DNA of 64,000 nucleotides from Candidatus Scalinduaceae bacterium (GTDB taxonomy: Bacteria > Planctomycetota > Brocadiia > Brocadiales > Scalinduaceae). Below, one piece after another: positions 9,062-18,711 of the stretch. The DNA lies in assembly GCA_046759445.1 (NCBI GenBank), contig JBHICG010000003.1:1-64000 (forward strand), read 5' to 3'. The position numbers were made by a program, and so were the translations under genes. The notes below the pieces were generated by a model, which worked only from the letters and a program-made list of their open reading frames with translations, was not told where the DNA came from and made no database searches. Every line of letters starts with the position of its first letter. The first letter of the stretch is position 1.

Positions 9062-9547
9062 TCAATTTTCTACTATCTGTTCAACCATTTCTAATTCTTC
9101 AGACGATAGCACCTTCTCGATATCAAGGAGTATTATTATCTTCCCTTTGGCCTTGCCCAGACCCATTATAAAACTCGTGTCTATCTCCTGCCCGAATTGG
9201 GGGGGGTCTTCAATCTCTCCACTCTTGATGTCTAATACTTCTGAGACATTATCTACTATAATTCCTATAAGTGACTTACTAACCTCTACCACAATCACAC
9301 ACGTCTCCTGTGTGTATTCCACCTCTTCCATCGAAAACTTCAGCCTCAGGTCTATTACGGGTATGACCTTCCCTCTCAAATTAATAACCCCCTTCATATA
9401 ATCGGGAGTCTGAGGCACTGTCGTAATATCCATGATACCTATGATTTCTCTAATCTTAAGGATTTCAACACCGTATTCTTCTTTACCTAAAGAAAATGTT
9501 AAAAACTTTCCTTCATCAATTGTAATTTTTGTTGTTATCGCTTCCAT
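9062..9547 (-). CDS. cheW: Chemotaxis coupling protein CheW
   Basis: FLTF...EYGV...GVINLRGKVIPVIDLR. Confidence 0.97.
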   Translation of the reverse strand: MEAITTKITIDEGKFLTFSLGKEEYGVEILKIREIIGIMDITTVPQTPDYMKGVINLRGKVIPVIDLRLKFSMEEVEYTQETCVIVVEVSKSLIGIIVDNVSEVLDIKSGEIEDPPQFGQEIDTSFIMGLGKAKGKIIILLDIEKVLSSEELEMVEQIVEN

Positions 9548-9581
9548 TTTATCCCTCCATCATTTATGTTGAAAATTTACT

Positions 9582-11609
9582 TTAAGCTGCAAAGATCGCC
9601 TCTCTTATTCCACTTGTGTCCAGGATTAGACCAACTTTTCCATCACCAAGTATGGCGCCACCTGAAATACCTTTAATATTTTTGAACCTCTCTCCCAAAC
9701 TCTTAATAACAACCTGTTGTTGGCCTAATAATTCATCAACCAGGAGACTAAATCTTCCCCCTTCTGCCTCTACGATTACGACGATAGCCTCCCATGGACT
9801 GGTCTTTGTTGTATTTATGTTATAAAGTTTATGCAGGCGAACCAGTGGGAACAAATTTCCCCTCATGTTAATCACTTCGCCCTGATTCTTAATGGTGCTT
9901 ATTTCTTCTTTTTTTGGACGTATAGATTCTTTAATAGAGGTTGTTGGTATAATGTATCTTGCATCACCTACGTTAACGACGATACCATCAATAATGGCAA
10001 GGGTTAATGGTAGCTTGATGGTAAATAAAGTTCCTTTTCCTTCATCTGAAGTGACCTCTACCTTGCCACGAAGCTTCTCTATGTTTTTCTTCACTACGTC
10101 AGTGCCAACACCGCGGCCTGAAATATTAGTAACCTTTTCAGCCGTGGAGAATCCTGGTGTGAATATTAGGTTGTATATCTGATTATCACTTAATCCTGAA
10201 TGGTCGTCTATTAGCCTTTTTTCTGTGGCTTTTTTTAATATCTTATCCTTTTGCAATCCTTTGCCATCATCCTCTATCTCTATTACTATGTTTCCGCCTC
10301 TGTGGAAGGCGCTTAGCCTTATAGTTCCTTCTTTTGACTTACCTTTAGAAGCCCTTTCGTCCTCAGGTTCAATGCCGTGGTCTATTGAGTTTCTCAGGAT
10401 GTGGACAAGGGGGTCGGCAATTTCTTCAATTACATTCTTGTCCAATTCTGTGTCTTCGCCTGAGACTATTAATTTAATCTTTTTCCCGGCATGTAAGGAG
10501 ACATCTCTTACCAACCTTGACATCTTCTGAAAGGTTTGCTTTAAGGGGACCATCCTCATTGACATTACCTGGTCTTGAATATCCTTGGTTATCTTACTTA
10601 GCTGTGACAAGTTTTTGCTTATCCCATTGTTACCTACTGATTCCATCTCTCCACAGACAAGTGTGTTGGTTATGACGAGTTCACCTACCAGGTCAAACAG
10701 ATTGTCAAGTTTAGTAGTATTAACCTTAACGGTTCTTGATTGTAATCTTGACTGTCGTTGAGCTTGCTGAGCTTGTAAAGCGGCATCTATCTGGTCAGGG
10801 GTTATCGCTCCATCATTTACTAAAATCTCTCCTACTTTCCTGTTTTGCTCATTTAGAGCGTCTTCAACCTTGTCAGGAGTTGTTGCCCCAATGTCTACAA
10901 GGATTTCTCCTACCTTTCTATCTTTATCTCCGAGTGCTTTATCAAGTTGTTCTTGAGTGATGTCATCATCATTCAGCAGGATGTTGCCTATGCAGTCTTC
11001 GTCAGATGCTTCAGATTCTTTTTCTGATTTATGGGTTTCTTCAATTGTAGGAGACAATCCAGAATCTCCGATTTTACTATGCTCATTTTCAAATTCTGAG
11101 TCTGTTTCTTTCGTATTTGTTTCTTTGTTTAGTATAGATAGTATCCTTTCTATTAATGGGTTTATGTTTACGGGTAGTTCGTTAAGGGAATCAGAATTTG
11201 CTGTTTTTCCCAGTGCTTTATTAACCATTACGGCTAGATTTTCTCTTAGCCTTCTCAGCGCATCTATTGAATCTAAAGATACACTTATTATTTCCTGAGT
11301 AATGGTGATTTCGGCTTTTCTTGCCCTGTCTAAGAGCGTCTCCAATTCGTGGCTGAGTTTCTGTATGTCTGTTAGACCAAGAAAACCGGCGCTTCCCTTT
11401 ATACTGTGAATGCTTCTGAATATTGCGTTAATAAGATCAAGGTCACAAGCATCTTCTTCAATGTTAAGTATATTACTTTCTGACTCTTCCAGATGATCAT
11501 GAGATTCTGATAGAAACTCGAGGAATATTTCTGAATCTTCCTTAATGTCCATAGCAAAGTTATTACTTTCTGGGTTAATATTTTGGTCTTCCATGTTATT
11601 TTTGCTCAT
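9582..11609 (-). CDS. cheA: Chemotaxis histidine kinase CheA
   Basis: Hpt FRSIHSIKG, HILRNSIDHG, DDGKG, GFST...SGRGVG, C-terminal CheW domain. Confidence 0.98.
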   Translation of the reverse strand: MSKNNMEDQNINPESNNFAMDIKEDSEIFLEFLSESHDHLEESESNILNIEEDACDLDLINAIFRSIHSIKGSAGFLGLTDIQKLSHELETLLDRARKAEITITQEIISVSLDSIDALRRLRENLAVMVNKALGKTANSDSLNELPVNINPLIERILSILNKETNTKETDSEFENEHSKIGDSGLSPTIEETHKSEKESEASDEDCIGNILLNDDDITQEQLDKALGDKDRKVGEILVDIGATTPDKVEDALNEQNRKVGEILVNDGAITPDQIDAALQAQQAQRQSRLQSRTVKVNTTKLDNLFDLVGELVITNTLVCGEMESVGNNGISKNLSQLSKITKDIQDQVMSMRMVPLKQTFQKMSRLVRDVSLHAGKKIKLIVSGEDTELDKNVIEEIADPLVHILRNSIDHGIEPEDERASKGKSKEGTIRLSAFHRGGNIVIEIEDDGKGLQKDKILKKATEKRLIDDHSGLSDNQIYNLIFTPGFSTAEKVTNISGRGVGTDVVKKNIEKLRGKVEVTSDEGKGTLFTIKLPLTLAIIDGIVVNVGDARYIIPTTSIKESIRPKKEEISTIKNQGEVINMRGNLFPLVRLHKLYNINTTKTSPWEAIVVIVEAEGGRFSLLVDELLGQQQVVIKSLGERFKNIKGISGGAILGDGKVGLILDTSGIREAIFAA

Positions 11610-11670
11610 TTTGATTGATCCTCCACCTCTTCATTTTTGTTTTGTTCCTCATTCTGCATACCATAATCAA

Positions 11671-11804
11671 TATCTGTTGCGGAAAGCTTAAATACCCAAA
11701 AATGTCATTGGCAATTCCGCAACAGCAGAGACCCTGAAACGATACTGAAACAGGTTCAGCACAGGATTCAGGGTGACAATATATTGTTTCCGCCACAGAT
11801 ACTA
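11671..11804. repeat. Dispersed palindromic element, copy 1 (GACCCTGAA...TTCAGGGTGACA family)
   Basis: Outer IR TATCTGTTGCGGAAA / TTTCCGCCACAGATA; 11727-11804 recurs inverted at 51206-51284. Confidence 0.8.
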
Positions 11805-11825
11805 ATTAGAACATGATTTGTCTTA

Positions 11826-12821
11826 TCAAAGCAGTGAAACCTGCTTTTTTTTGAATTTATATTTACTTATTTTTTTTAGAAGTAAATCTTTGCTGAATGG
11901 TTTTACCAGAAAGTCTCTTGCCCCAGATTCTAACGATTCAAGTACGGCAGCTTCTGTCGGTTTGCCGGAGATCATTATTATTGGAATTCCTCTGGTATAT
12001 GGTGTTTTTTTAATTTTTTTACATACTGTTATGCCATCTTCTTCCGGCATAACGAGATCCAGCAGAATCAAGTGTATTTTCTCCTTATGCAATAAAGTAA
12101 AGGTTTCGGTGGTATTGTTAGCAGCCAGGAGTCTGAATTCTGTATTAGCAAGATATTTCCTGATTATCTTGATATCAGTCAAAGAATCATCCAGGACAAG
12201 AACGTTTGTGCTTTTTTCGCAAAGCAGTTCTCCGTATAGGTCTTCTACCATACCAATAGGTATAAGCATGCTGAACTTCCCCGTTTCAAATCCTTTGATT
12301 AAGAGAAGCGAGGAAATATGTAAGTATTCTTCCTTTAAAAGATCTTTAAGAACTTCTTTTGAATTATCTTTATTCAGGGGTGAGCATAAAGATAATTTGA
12401 CATGCACTGGTTTTGGCAATTTATTTCTAAACACATTGTCAATTATACCTGAGAACTGATTGCCAAATTCCTTAAATCCATCAGTATAATCTTCATCAAG
12501 TTCTTCTTTCTTTATCTTTTCCTTTATCTTTTCGTCTTCAGAGCCAAGCAGAGCGCCGCCTATTTTGATAGTGTCCTTTAGTTGAAAAATAGCGCATATA
12601 TGACCTTCGTAGGAATCTTCAATATTTGATTTAATCAAGAAAAAATTACCCTCATTTTTAGCTACGATTTCTTCAAGGGTATTTGCTTCAAAATTTGGCT
12701 TTGAGATGCCAAAGTTCCTGCCGATTAAGCTGGTACAGTCTGTATTTAATTTACTTAATGTGCTATCTATTAGTTCTTTTGCCCTTGGCGGACAAATATT
12801 TGCTTCTAAGGTTTCTGCCAT
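11826..12821 (-). CDS. CheC/CheX-like domain fused to a C-terminal receiver domain
   Basis: DGFKEFGNQ (E-x2-N) in the N-terminal half; VLVLDD...LLDLVMP...LVKPF receiver. Confidence 0.75.
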   Translation of the reverse strand: MAETLEANICPPRAKELIDSTLSKLNTDCTSLIGRNFGISKPNFEANTLEEIVAKNEGNFFLIKSNIEDSYEGHICAIFQLKDTIKIGGALLGSEDEKIKEKIKKEELDEDYTDGFKEFGNQFSGIIDNVFRNKLPKPVHVKLSLCSPLNKDNSKEVLKDLLKEEYLHISSLLLIKGFETGKFSMLIPIGMVEDLYGELLCEKSTNVLVLDDSLTDIKIIRKYLANTEFRLLAANNTTETFTLLHKEKIHLILLDLVMPEEDGITVCKKIKKTPYTRGIPIIMISGKPTEAAVLESLESGARDFLVKPFSKDLLLKKISKYKFKKKQVSLL

Positions 12822-12968
12822 TATTCTGTGAACGGGGATAAAATGGTTCCTGGTTTTTTAAACAATGTCTTTAAGCATTGTAAAACAAATTCAAGCCATA
12901 AAAAGTGCGAGAATTTGCGTTTAAGCGCCCCAACCCTGTGGGTGGAATTCTTTACTCAGATATATATG

Positions 12969-13496
12969 TCAGTCATTTTTCTTAACAATCAGGCCGACGT
13001 TAAAGGTTTCTCCATTTGAGTAGAAAGGCGTCATCAGCCATGAGCTCTGGCTATTGCACGTTACTGATGCAGAAATTTTCAAATCATTATTTTCTCTAGC
13101 GCTGGAAGAAATTGTGAGATCGGCGCCACCTATGACAATCGGTACGGAGAGATGCATTGCTCCGAATTTTTCGCAAATCTTATTCTTTAAGGTGCCTGCT
13201 ATCATATTTGTCACCTCACCCATAGCATCCTTTGTATCATGATCTAATTCAGTAACTTCCGTGCCCAGCATGCTTGACGTAATCTTAAGTGCAATATCCT
13301 TAGCGCAAAAAAGGGCAATTATGCCAGAGTGTTCGCCCGTAAAGCTGACGAGTGATATTACGTCTGTAGTTATCATTTCTTCCTTCTGGTAGAATGGGTC
13401 TTTGGGATCGATTTTTATTGGTATCATTGTTGAAAATATTTCCTGAGTAGAAACAACAATGTCTTCAGCGACATTTTCATATATAGTGGTTATCAT
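12969..13496 (-). CDS. cheX: Chemotaxis phosphatase CheX
   Basis: DAMGEVTNMIAG and LSVPIVIGG motifs. Confidence 0.9.
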   Translation of the reverse strand: MITTIYENVAEDIVVSTQEIFSTMIPIKIDPKDPFYQKEEMITTDVISLVSFTGEHSGIIALFCAKDIALKITSSMLGTEVTELDHDTKDAMGEVTNMIAGTLKNKICEKFGAMHLSVPIVIGGADLTISSSARENNDLKISASVTCNSQSSWLMTPFYSNGETFNVGLIVKKND

Positions 13497-13521
13497 TGAA
13501 TATCCTCCCTATAAATTCAAA

Positions 13522-13899
13522 TTATTTAACTAAAAGGTAATCTCCAAGGGTATCGCGCAATTGATCTGCCGTAAATGGTTTTGTGAGATAGCCGTCGGCT
13601 CCATTCTCTTTTGCTTCAGTCATCTTAGACTCGGCACCTTCTGTTGTGACCATTACGATTGGTATCTTTTTTGGGAGATTTAAGGACCTTAATGTCTTAA
13701 TAAATTCCATTCCTGACATATTGGGCATGTTCCAATCACACAAAATTAAATCTACTGTATCTTTGGTTACCACTTCTAAGGCCTGTGCACCATCTCCTGC
13801 TTCGAAAAATTCATTAACAATCATTCCGGATTCTTTTATGTTTCTTTGAATTATTTTTCTCATAACGGCAGAATCATCTACCAGTAAAACTTTTGACAT
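13522..13899 (-). CDS. cheY: Chemotaxis response regulator CheY
   Basis: LLVDDS, CDWNMPNMSG, MVTTE, LTKPFT. Confidence 0.93.
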   Translation of the reverse strand: MSKVLLVDDSAVMRKIIQRNIKESGMIVNEFFEAGDGAQALEVVTKDTVDLILCDWNMPNMSGMEFIKTLRSLNLPKKIPIVMVTTEGAESKMTEAKENGADGYLTKPFTADQLRDTLGDYLLVK

Positions 13900-14167
13900 C
13901 TGGTCACAACTCCTTTCTACAAAAATCTAAGTTTATGCTAATATAATAAGTTTTATTCGTTTATGTTTTGTGTTTTGAATTAAGTTCCGTATCTAAAAGC
14001 AGGGAGGAAAACGTTTTTGCGCTGTGTCATTAATTTGTATAACCGTAGGAAACAAAACGCCCAGTTTTTTGACATACTTTTAAGATTTTCGGCAAAAATA
14101 TTAAAAACTTTAATCATAACTTGGTCTCTAAGTTATAAAGCTTTTGGTGGTGACATTGTGGTATGTC

Positions 14168-14183
14168 AGCAAAATGGTTGCCA
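14168..14183 (-). promoter_or_regulatory. sigma54 promoter for the che operon
   Basis: Minus strand TGGCAACCATTTTGCT (GG-N10-GC). Confidence 0.6.
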
Positions 14184-14372
14184 TTTTTGTACACATGAAT
14201 AAAGTTACTCTTATCGGTTACCGCTTATACCGAGGTTTGAAGTGAAGTATTCTACATAATTGGATGGGTGGAGTTCTATTGGCATGCATGTGGGTATATA
14301 CAAGATTTAAATTACAGATGCTTTATTTTGCTGTGTTTTCATCTAAGTCAAGGTATAGAAGGAGTATGATTG

Positions 14373-14442
14373 GGAAAATTTTTCCATGGGGAAAGACCTT
14401 AATCACAGTTGTTATTTTGAGCACAGCGTTGAATTTCTAAAC
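14373..14442. promoter_or_regulatory. Candidate enhancer boxes between divergent sigma54 promoters
   Basis: GGAAAATTTTTCC at 14373-14385; 20-bp-period pair GTTGTTATTTTGAGC / GTTGAATTTCTAAAC at 14408-14442. Confidence 0.45.
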
Positions 14443-14548
14443 AAAATCTGTACTACAGTTGGTACAGTGTTGGCAGTAAAACAATTTTATGTGATTGTGA
14501 AGGCGAATTTATCCCGAATAATTATGGGCGTTGAGTGAATGTTAATTA

Positions 14549-14564
14549 TGGCACAAATATTGCG
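14549..14564 (+). promoter_or_regulatory. sigma54 promoter (flgM transcript)
   Basis: TGGCACAAATATTGCG, consensus -24/-12. Confidence 0.8.
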
Positions 14565-14587
14565 TGTTTCCATCCTAGATTTTTATG

Positions 14588-14614
14588 TAAAGGATTTTTA
14601 GCGCGTGACGATAA
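14588..14614 (+). promoter_or_regulatory. sigma28 (FliA) promoter (flgM transcript)
   Basis: TAAA-N15-GACGATAA. Confidence 0.75.
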
Positions 14615-14781
14615 TAAAGGAAAGTTGAGATTAGGGCTTGTTATAGAGATTATTGAATGAGGAAACGTATCATATGGTTGATTTGTTGTAATCTTTTTTA
14701 ATAGATTTTATGTATTCTCTTCGAATGTGACCTCAAAAGTAGTTAAAAAAAAGTTGAATCTTTTTTATAAGGAGATTACAA

Positions 14782-14937
14782 TTGAGGCAATTAAAATATG
14801 AGTTTTTTTATGATGATATTTATCCATCAATCTTAAAGCAACAACCATCGCTTTTTAAGAATATTTTATTAAACATATGTTGTGGCTTTATGTTCTTATG
14901 GCGTAAAATTCTTCGGAAAAAAAAGGCTCTGGGATGA
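14782..14937 (+). CDS. Small 51-aa protein, not in the ORF track
   Basis: AAGGAG RBS then TTG; MRQLKYEFFYDDIYPSILKQQPSLFKNILLNICCGFMFLWRKILRKKKALG. Confidence 0.5.
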   Translation: MRQLKYEFFYDDIYPSILKQQPSLFKNILLNICCGFMFLWRKILRKKKALG

Positions 14938-15119
14938 GCGACTATAGTATCACTTTGCCAAACTAAAACAAATAAAAAAAGGATAGAATATCGTCGACTT
15001 CAATAATAAGATAATTAGAATCGCGATGATTTCCATACTTAAAAATAAAGGTGCTGGCAAATAATACTATAGGATCTCGATAACGGGGCTTTTTTTTCAA
15101 CACTCTGGAGGTATTAAAA

Positions 15120-15464
15120 ATGTCAATCGAAAAGACATCTGGTATTACTAATAATCATATAGATAATATTATAGGACATAAATCTCTTAAGAAAGCCGAA
15201 AATATCAATGCCGAACTTGATGTATCAAAGGGTAAAGACGGGTTAAAGAACGTTGATAAAGTAGAGATTTCCAGTGAAGTAAAAAAGTTACTAAAAATTT
15301 TATCAAGCTTGAAATCTGAGTTAAAGAAAATACCGGATGTTCGGGAAGACAAGGTGAAAGATGCTAAGGCTAGAATAGAAAGCGGTTATTACGATAAAAA
15401 GGAGATTATAGAAAAAATTGCGAGTTCAATAAGTAAATTAGCTCATTTTAAGCCATCTGAATAA
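15120..15464 (+). CDS. flgM: Anti-sigma28 factor FlgM
   Basis: DKVEISS...PDVREDKVKDAKARIESGYY; GGAGGT RBS. Confidence 0.9.
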   Translation: MSIEKTSGITNNHIDNIIGHKSLKKAENINAELDVSKGKDGLKNVDKVEISSEVKKLLKILSSLKSELKKIPDVREDKVKDAKARIESGYYDKKEIIEKIASSISKLAHFKPSE

Positions 15465-15517
15465 CATCGCTTACGCATTACAGTTCCCAAAGAAAAGCCA
15501 GATAGAATTATAACAAG

Positions 15518-15706
15518 ATGTCAGACAAATCTTTAAAAAAAAATTTTATTGGAATTCTTTTTAAGTGTTGCGAAATTTATGCTCGAATCTATATAAATAA
15601 TCTAGGAGATGCTTATGAAGGTAGATGTCCGGGTTGTCTTCGCTATTTGACTGTAAGGATTGATAAAGAAAATGGAGTAAACGATAGATTTTTTGTTGCA
15701 TATTAA
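15518..15706 (+). CDS. Small Cys-rich (CC...CxxC) putative zinc-ribbon protein
   Basis: FKCCEIYARIY...GRCPGC...RFF; directly follows flgM. Confidence 0.7.
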   Translation: MSDKSLKKNFIGILFKCCEIYARIYINNLGDAYEGRCPGCLRYLTVRIDKENGVNDRFFVAY

Positions 15707-15737
15707 AATTTGAATATTACTAAAATACTTTTTTAAT

Positions 15738-15787
15738 AAAGATCATTATTAACAGTATAATGCTGATAATAATGATCTTTTTTTTTT
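15738..15787 (+). terminator. Intrinsic terminator after the flgM operon
   Basis: AAAGATCATTATT...AATAATGATCTTT stem followed by a T-tract. Confidence 0.65.
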
Positions 15788-15802
15788 GGCATTAAATATG
15801 CA
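15787..15802 (+). promoter_or_regulatory. sigma54 promoter
   Basis: TGGCATTAAATATGCA (GG-N10-GC), about 70 bp before ORF 15872. Confidence 0.6.
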
Positions 15803-15871
15803 TATTTTATATGAAAAAAGATACGGGTAAAAGGGGGTCAGGCTATTTTTGCCCTTCATTCATTAAATACA

Positions 15872-17083
15872 ATGTTTGCTAGTACAGGAGAGAAAATTTT
15901 GGGTAGTGCAATCCTTCCTTTTTTTACAAGAATAGTATTAATAATCTTTATTTCAATAATTTTCGTTAAGCAGGAATGTGAGGCTAGAGATAAATATAAG
16001 ATTATTATATTGCCATTTAGAAACAACGCACAAAATAATTTAAGTGAGATGATCCCAGATGTATTGAGGAGTACACTTACACAAACAGGATATTTTGAAG
16101 CCGTTGATAGAGAGAAGATTTACGAGGAGATAATAACGGTAATACCATATGATCTTATATATATTGATAACGCAAGAAGAATAAGGGGAGGGTTTACGGC
16201 AGATCAGATTGATTTAATTGCTCGGTTAGAAACGAAAAGAATTCAAAAGTTTGGAAAAAAGCTGAGAGCAGACTATGTGGTAAGAGGTAGCATATCGCAG
16301 ATTGCAGATAGTTTGAGGATAGACGCTGAAATCACAGATATTAAAGTTAATAAAATGTTAGGTTTTATAAGTGCGGGGGGAAAACCAGAAGAATTATTAA
16401 ATGGAATTTTGAAAGATTTGACTGAGAAAATAACAAGCTTTTGCAGGAGTTTAAATGCTTATGATGATGCATTGTGTATTATTGGAATGTACCATCAGGG
16501 TCAGTATACATTTGGTGTGACTGAAAAAAAACTTAAAGAATTGATTTCAATCAACGGAGATGCAGTTGGTGTATATGCTGTTTTGATGACGCTTTATCTT
16601 TCAGAAGTTCATTCTATGGAGAATCCTTTACTTGAAGACAAGGTGATAAAGGCGGGCGGAAGAATCTTATCTCTTTTAAATCAAAATTATGATGAGAAGG
16701 TATTAGAAATATTTCTTTCTTCCGGCTTTGACCCGTTTGACGAAATAGCAAAGATTTATTTAAAAAGGGGTGATAATGACAAGGCTATTGAAATATTTAA
16801 AAAGGCAATAAGCATTTACCCAGTGAACATTGCAGGTCATTATAAGTCATTGGGTATGTTGTACTTAAAAGAAGGTTTTGAAGACATGGCGATAAAGGCA
16901 TTTGAGAAATCACTCGACGCTGATAACACCAGCTACGAGTTACATTATATTTTAGCTTCTATATTTGAAAAAAGGAATCATCCTGAGAAGACGCATAAAC
17001 ATCTTGAAGAATGTATAAAATATGCACGTAATGTTGAAGAGATTAAGGTTGCAAGTGAAAAGATTAATAAATTAAGAGAATAA
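15872..17083 (+). CDS. Exported protein, CsgG/TolB_N-like domain plus TPR repeats
   Basis: N-terminal hydrophobic segment; IIILPFRNN...GKKLRADYVVRGSI fold pattern; C-terminal TPRs. Confidence 0.7.
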   Translation: MFASTGEKILGSAILPFFTRIVLIIFISIIFVKQECEARDKYKIIILPFRNNAQNNLSEMIPDVLRSTLTQTGYFEAVDREKIYEEIITVIPYDLIYIDNARRIRGGFTADQIDLIARLETKRIQKFGKKLRADYVVRGSISQIADSLRIDAEITDIKVNKMLGFISAGGKPEELLNGILKDLTEKITSFCRSLNAYDDALCIIGMYHQGQYTFGVTEKKLKELISINGDAVGVYAVLMTLYLSEVHSMENPLLEDKVIKAGGRILSLLNQNYDEKVLEIFLSSGFDPFDEIAKIYLKRGDNDKAIEIFKKAISIYPVNIAGHYKSLGMLYLKEGFEDMAIKAFEKSLDADNTSYELHYILASIFEKRNHPEKTHKHLEECIKYARNVEEIKVASEKINKLRE

Positions 17084-17205
17084 TTGTTTATCTTTTCAGC
17101 ATTTTGTATATAATTCCAACATTACATTATTTTCGGTATTCTATTAAATATTATCGTGAAAATAATGGATAGAATCCGAGAGGCATAATTTAAAGGGGTA
17201 TAAAA

Positions 17206-18627
17206 ATGGAGAGTAATACAGAAAACATGCAAGATGTAAAGGCGGGAATTTTAGTTGTGGATGATGAAGAAACGATAAGGTTTTGTCTAAAAGAAACATT
17301 GGAAGAGGAAGGGTATAAGGTTTATGCAGAAGAGAAGGCAGAAAATTCCTTGGGGCTAATAAAGAAAGTGATTCCCGATTTAATCATATTAGATTTAAAG
17401 ATGCCTGGAATGAATGGTATTGAATTGTTAAGGGAGATAAAATCTTTTGATCAAAACATATTGGTAATACTTTTAACAGGTCATGCTTCAGTGGATTCAG
17501 CCGTAGATGCTATGAAAGCAGGCGCCTTTGATTACCTGGAGAAACCATTCAAAATTGAACATATAAAAGTAGTAGTTGATAGGGCCTTGAGCACTCAGAC
17601 TCTAATGAGAGAGGTCGTAAGGTTAAGAGCAAAATCAGGTGTTACGGGCTTTGAAAATATTATTGCTGTGAGTAAAGAGATGAAGAAGGTCTTTGAAGAC
17701 TCAGAAATAATTGCGAAAACTCCTTCCAGCACAGTATTAATTCAAGGTGAGAGTGGAACTGGTAAAGAGTTGATAGCCAACTATATCCACATGATGAGTT
17801 CAAGAGTGAAGCACAGGTTTGTGGAGATTAATTGTGCTGCTTTGACAGAAAATTTACTAGAGGCAGAGCTATTCGGTTATGAAAAAGGTTCATTTACGGG
17901 GGCTTCTTCTTTAGGAAAAGCAGGTTTGTTTGAAGCTGCCCAAAGAGGTTCTATATTTCTTGATGAAATCGGAGAGATGGGTTTGCCACTACAGGCTAAA
18001 CTATTAAGGGTATTACAGGAAAAGAGGTTTAAGAGAGTAGGGGGGATAGACGATATAAATATAGACGTAAGGATAATAGCATCCACAAATCGTAATCTGG
18101 AGGAGGAAGTTGAGAAAGGAAACTTCAGAAGAGACCTTTATTTTCGTTTGAGAGTATTGCCGATATATATTTGTCCGTTACGCGAGAGGAAGGATGATAT
18201 TCTCCCACTTGTGAAATACTTCATTAACAAATTTAATAAAGAATTTAATAAAAACGTTAATAATATTTCACCAGAAACTGAAGAGGTCTTAATTAACTAT
18301 GGTTGGCCTGGAAATGTAAGAGAATTAAGAAACGTTATTGAAAGGGCTGTGCTTCTTTCTAATAAAGATACACTTACTGCCGAACACGTATTATTAGTCA
18401 ATGTGCTAGGTACAAAACGTAAAAATGAAGATGATGATGGGGGTTGTTCTATTGCGGCAATTGAGAGAAAACATATAGCTAAAGTTCTTAAGGAAACATC
18501 ATGGCGTATGACAAAAGCATCTAAGATTTTAGATATAAACCGTACCACTTTATACAATAAGATAAAGCAATACGGAATAAAACAACATAGTGACAAACTT
18601 TCGACTGAAAATAGTGAAGTATTGTAA
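17206..18627 (+). CDS. sigma54-dependent activator (REC-AAA+-Fis HTH)
   Basis: GESGTGKE, ELFGYEKGSFTGA, LDEIGE, WPGNVREL, C-terminal HTH. Confidence 0.95.
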   Translation: MESNTENMQDVKAGILVVDDEETIRFCLKETLEEEGYKVYAEEKAENSLGLIKKVIPDLIILDLKMPGMNGIELLREIKSFDQNILVILLTGHASVDSAVDAMKAGAFDYLEKPFKIEHIKVVVDRALSTQTLMREVVRLRAKSGVTGFENIIAVSKEMKKVFEDSEIIAKTPSSTVLIQGESGTGKELIANYIHMMSSRVKHRFVEINCAALTENLLEAELFGYEKGSFTGASSLGKAGLFEAAQRGSIFLDEIGEMGLPLQAKLLRVLQEKRFKRVGGIDDINIDVRIIASTNRNLEEEVEKGNFRRDLYFRLRVLPIYICPLRERKDDILPLVKYFINKFNKEFNKNVNNISPETEEVLINYGWPGNVRELRNVIERAVLLSNKDTLTAEHVLLVNVLGTKRKNEDDDGGCSIAAIERKHIAKVLKETSWRMTKASKILDINRTTLYNKIKQYGIKQHSDKLSTENSEVL

Positions 18628-18711
18628 TGGTTTCTCAGGAAAAAAAGGGGAATCCTAAATGTGTAACCAAAATTATTAGAATTAGTCGATTAACAAAAAG
18701 GAATAAATTCC

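Noticed and set aside
11596..11796. 66-aa ORF (and the similar ORF 51183-51368)
   Set aside because: Both are translations of the dispersed palindromic repeat
11818..12459. Long antisense ORFs (e.g. 11818-12459, 6171-6659, 35830-36249, 43556-43951)
   Set aside because: Shadow frames of well-supported genes on the opposite strand
12920..12956. IS200/IS605-like end (CCCAACCCTGTGGGTGG...TTTACT)
   Set aside because: Only a weak hairpin; no tnpA/tnpB or partner end visible
14211..14240. sigma28 promoter for the che operon (minus strand ACCGATAA)
   Set aside because: Good -10 but no -35 at 15-bp spacing; a better sigma54 motif lies at 14168-14183
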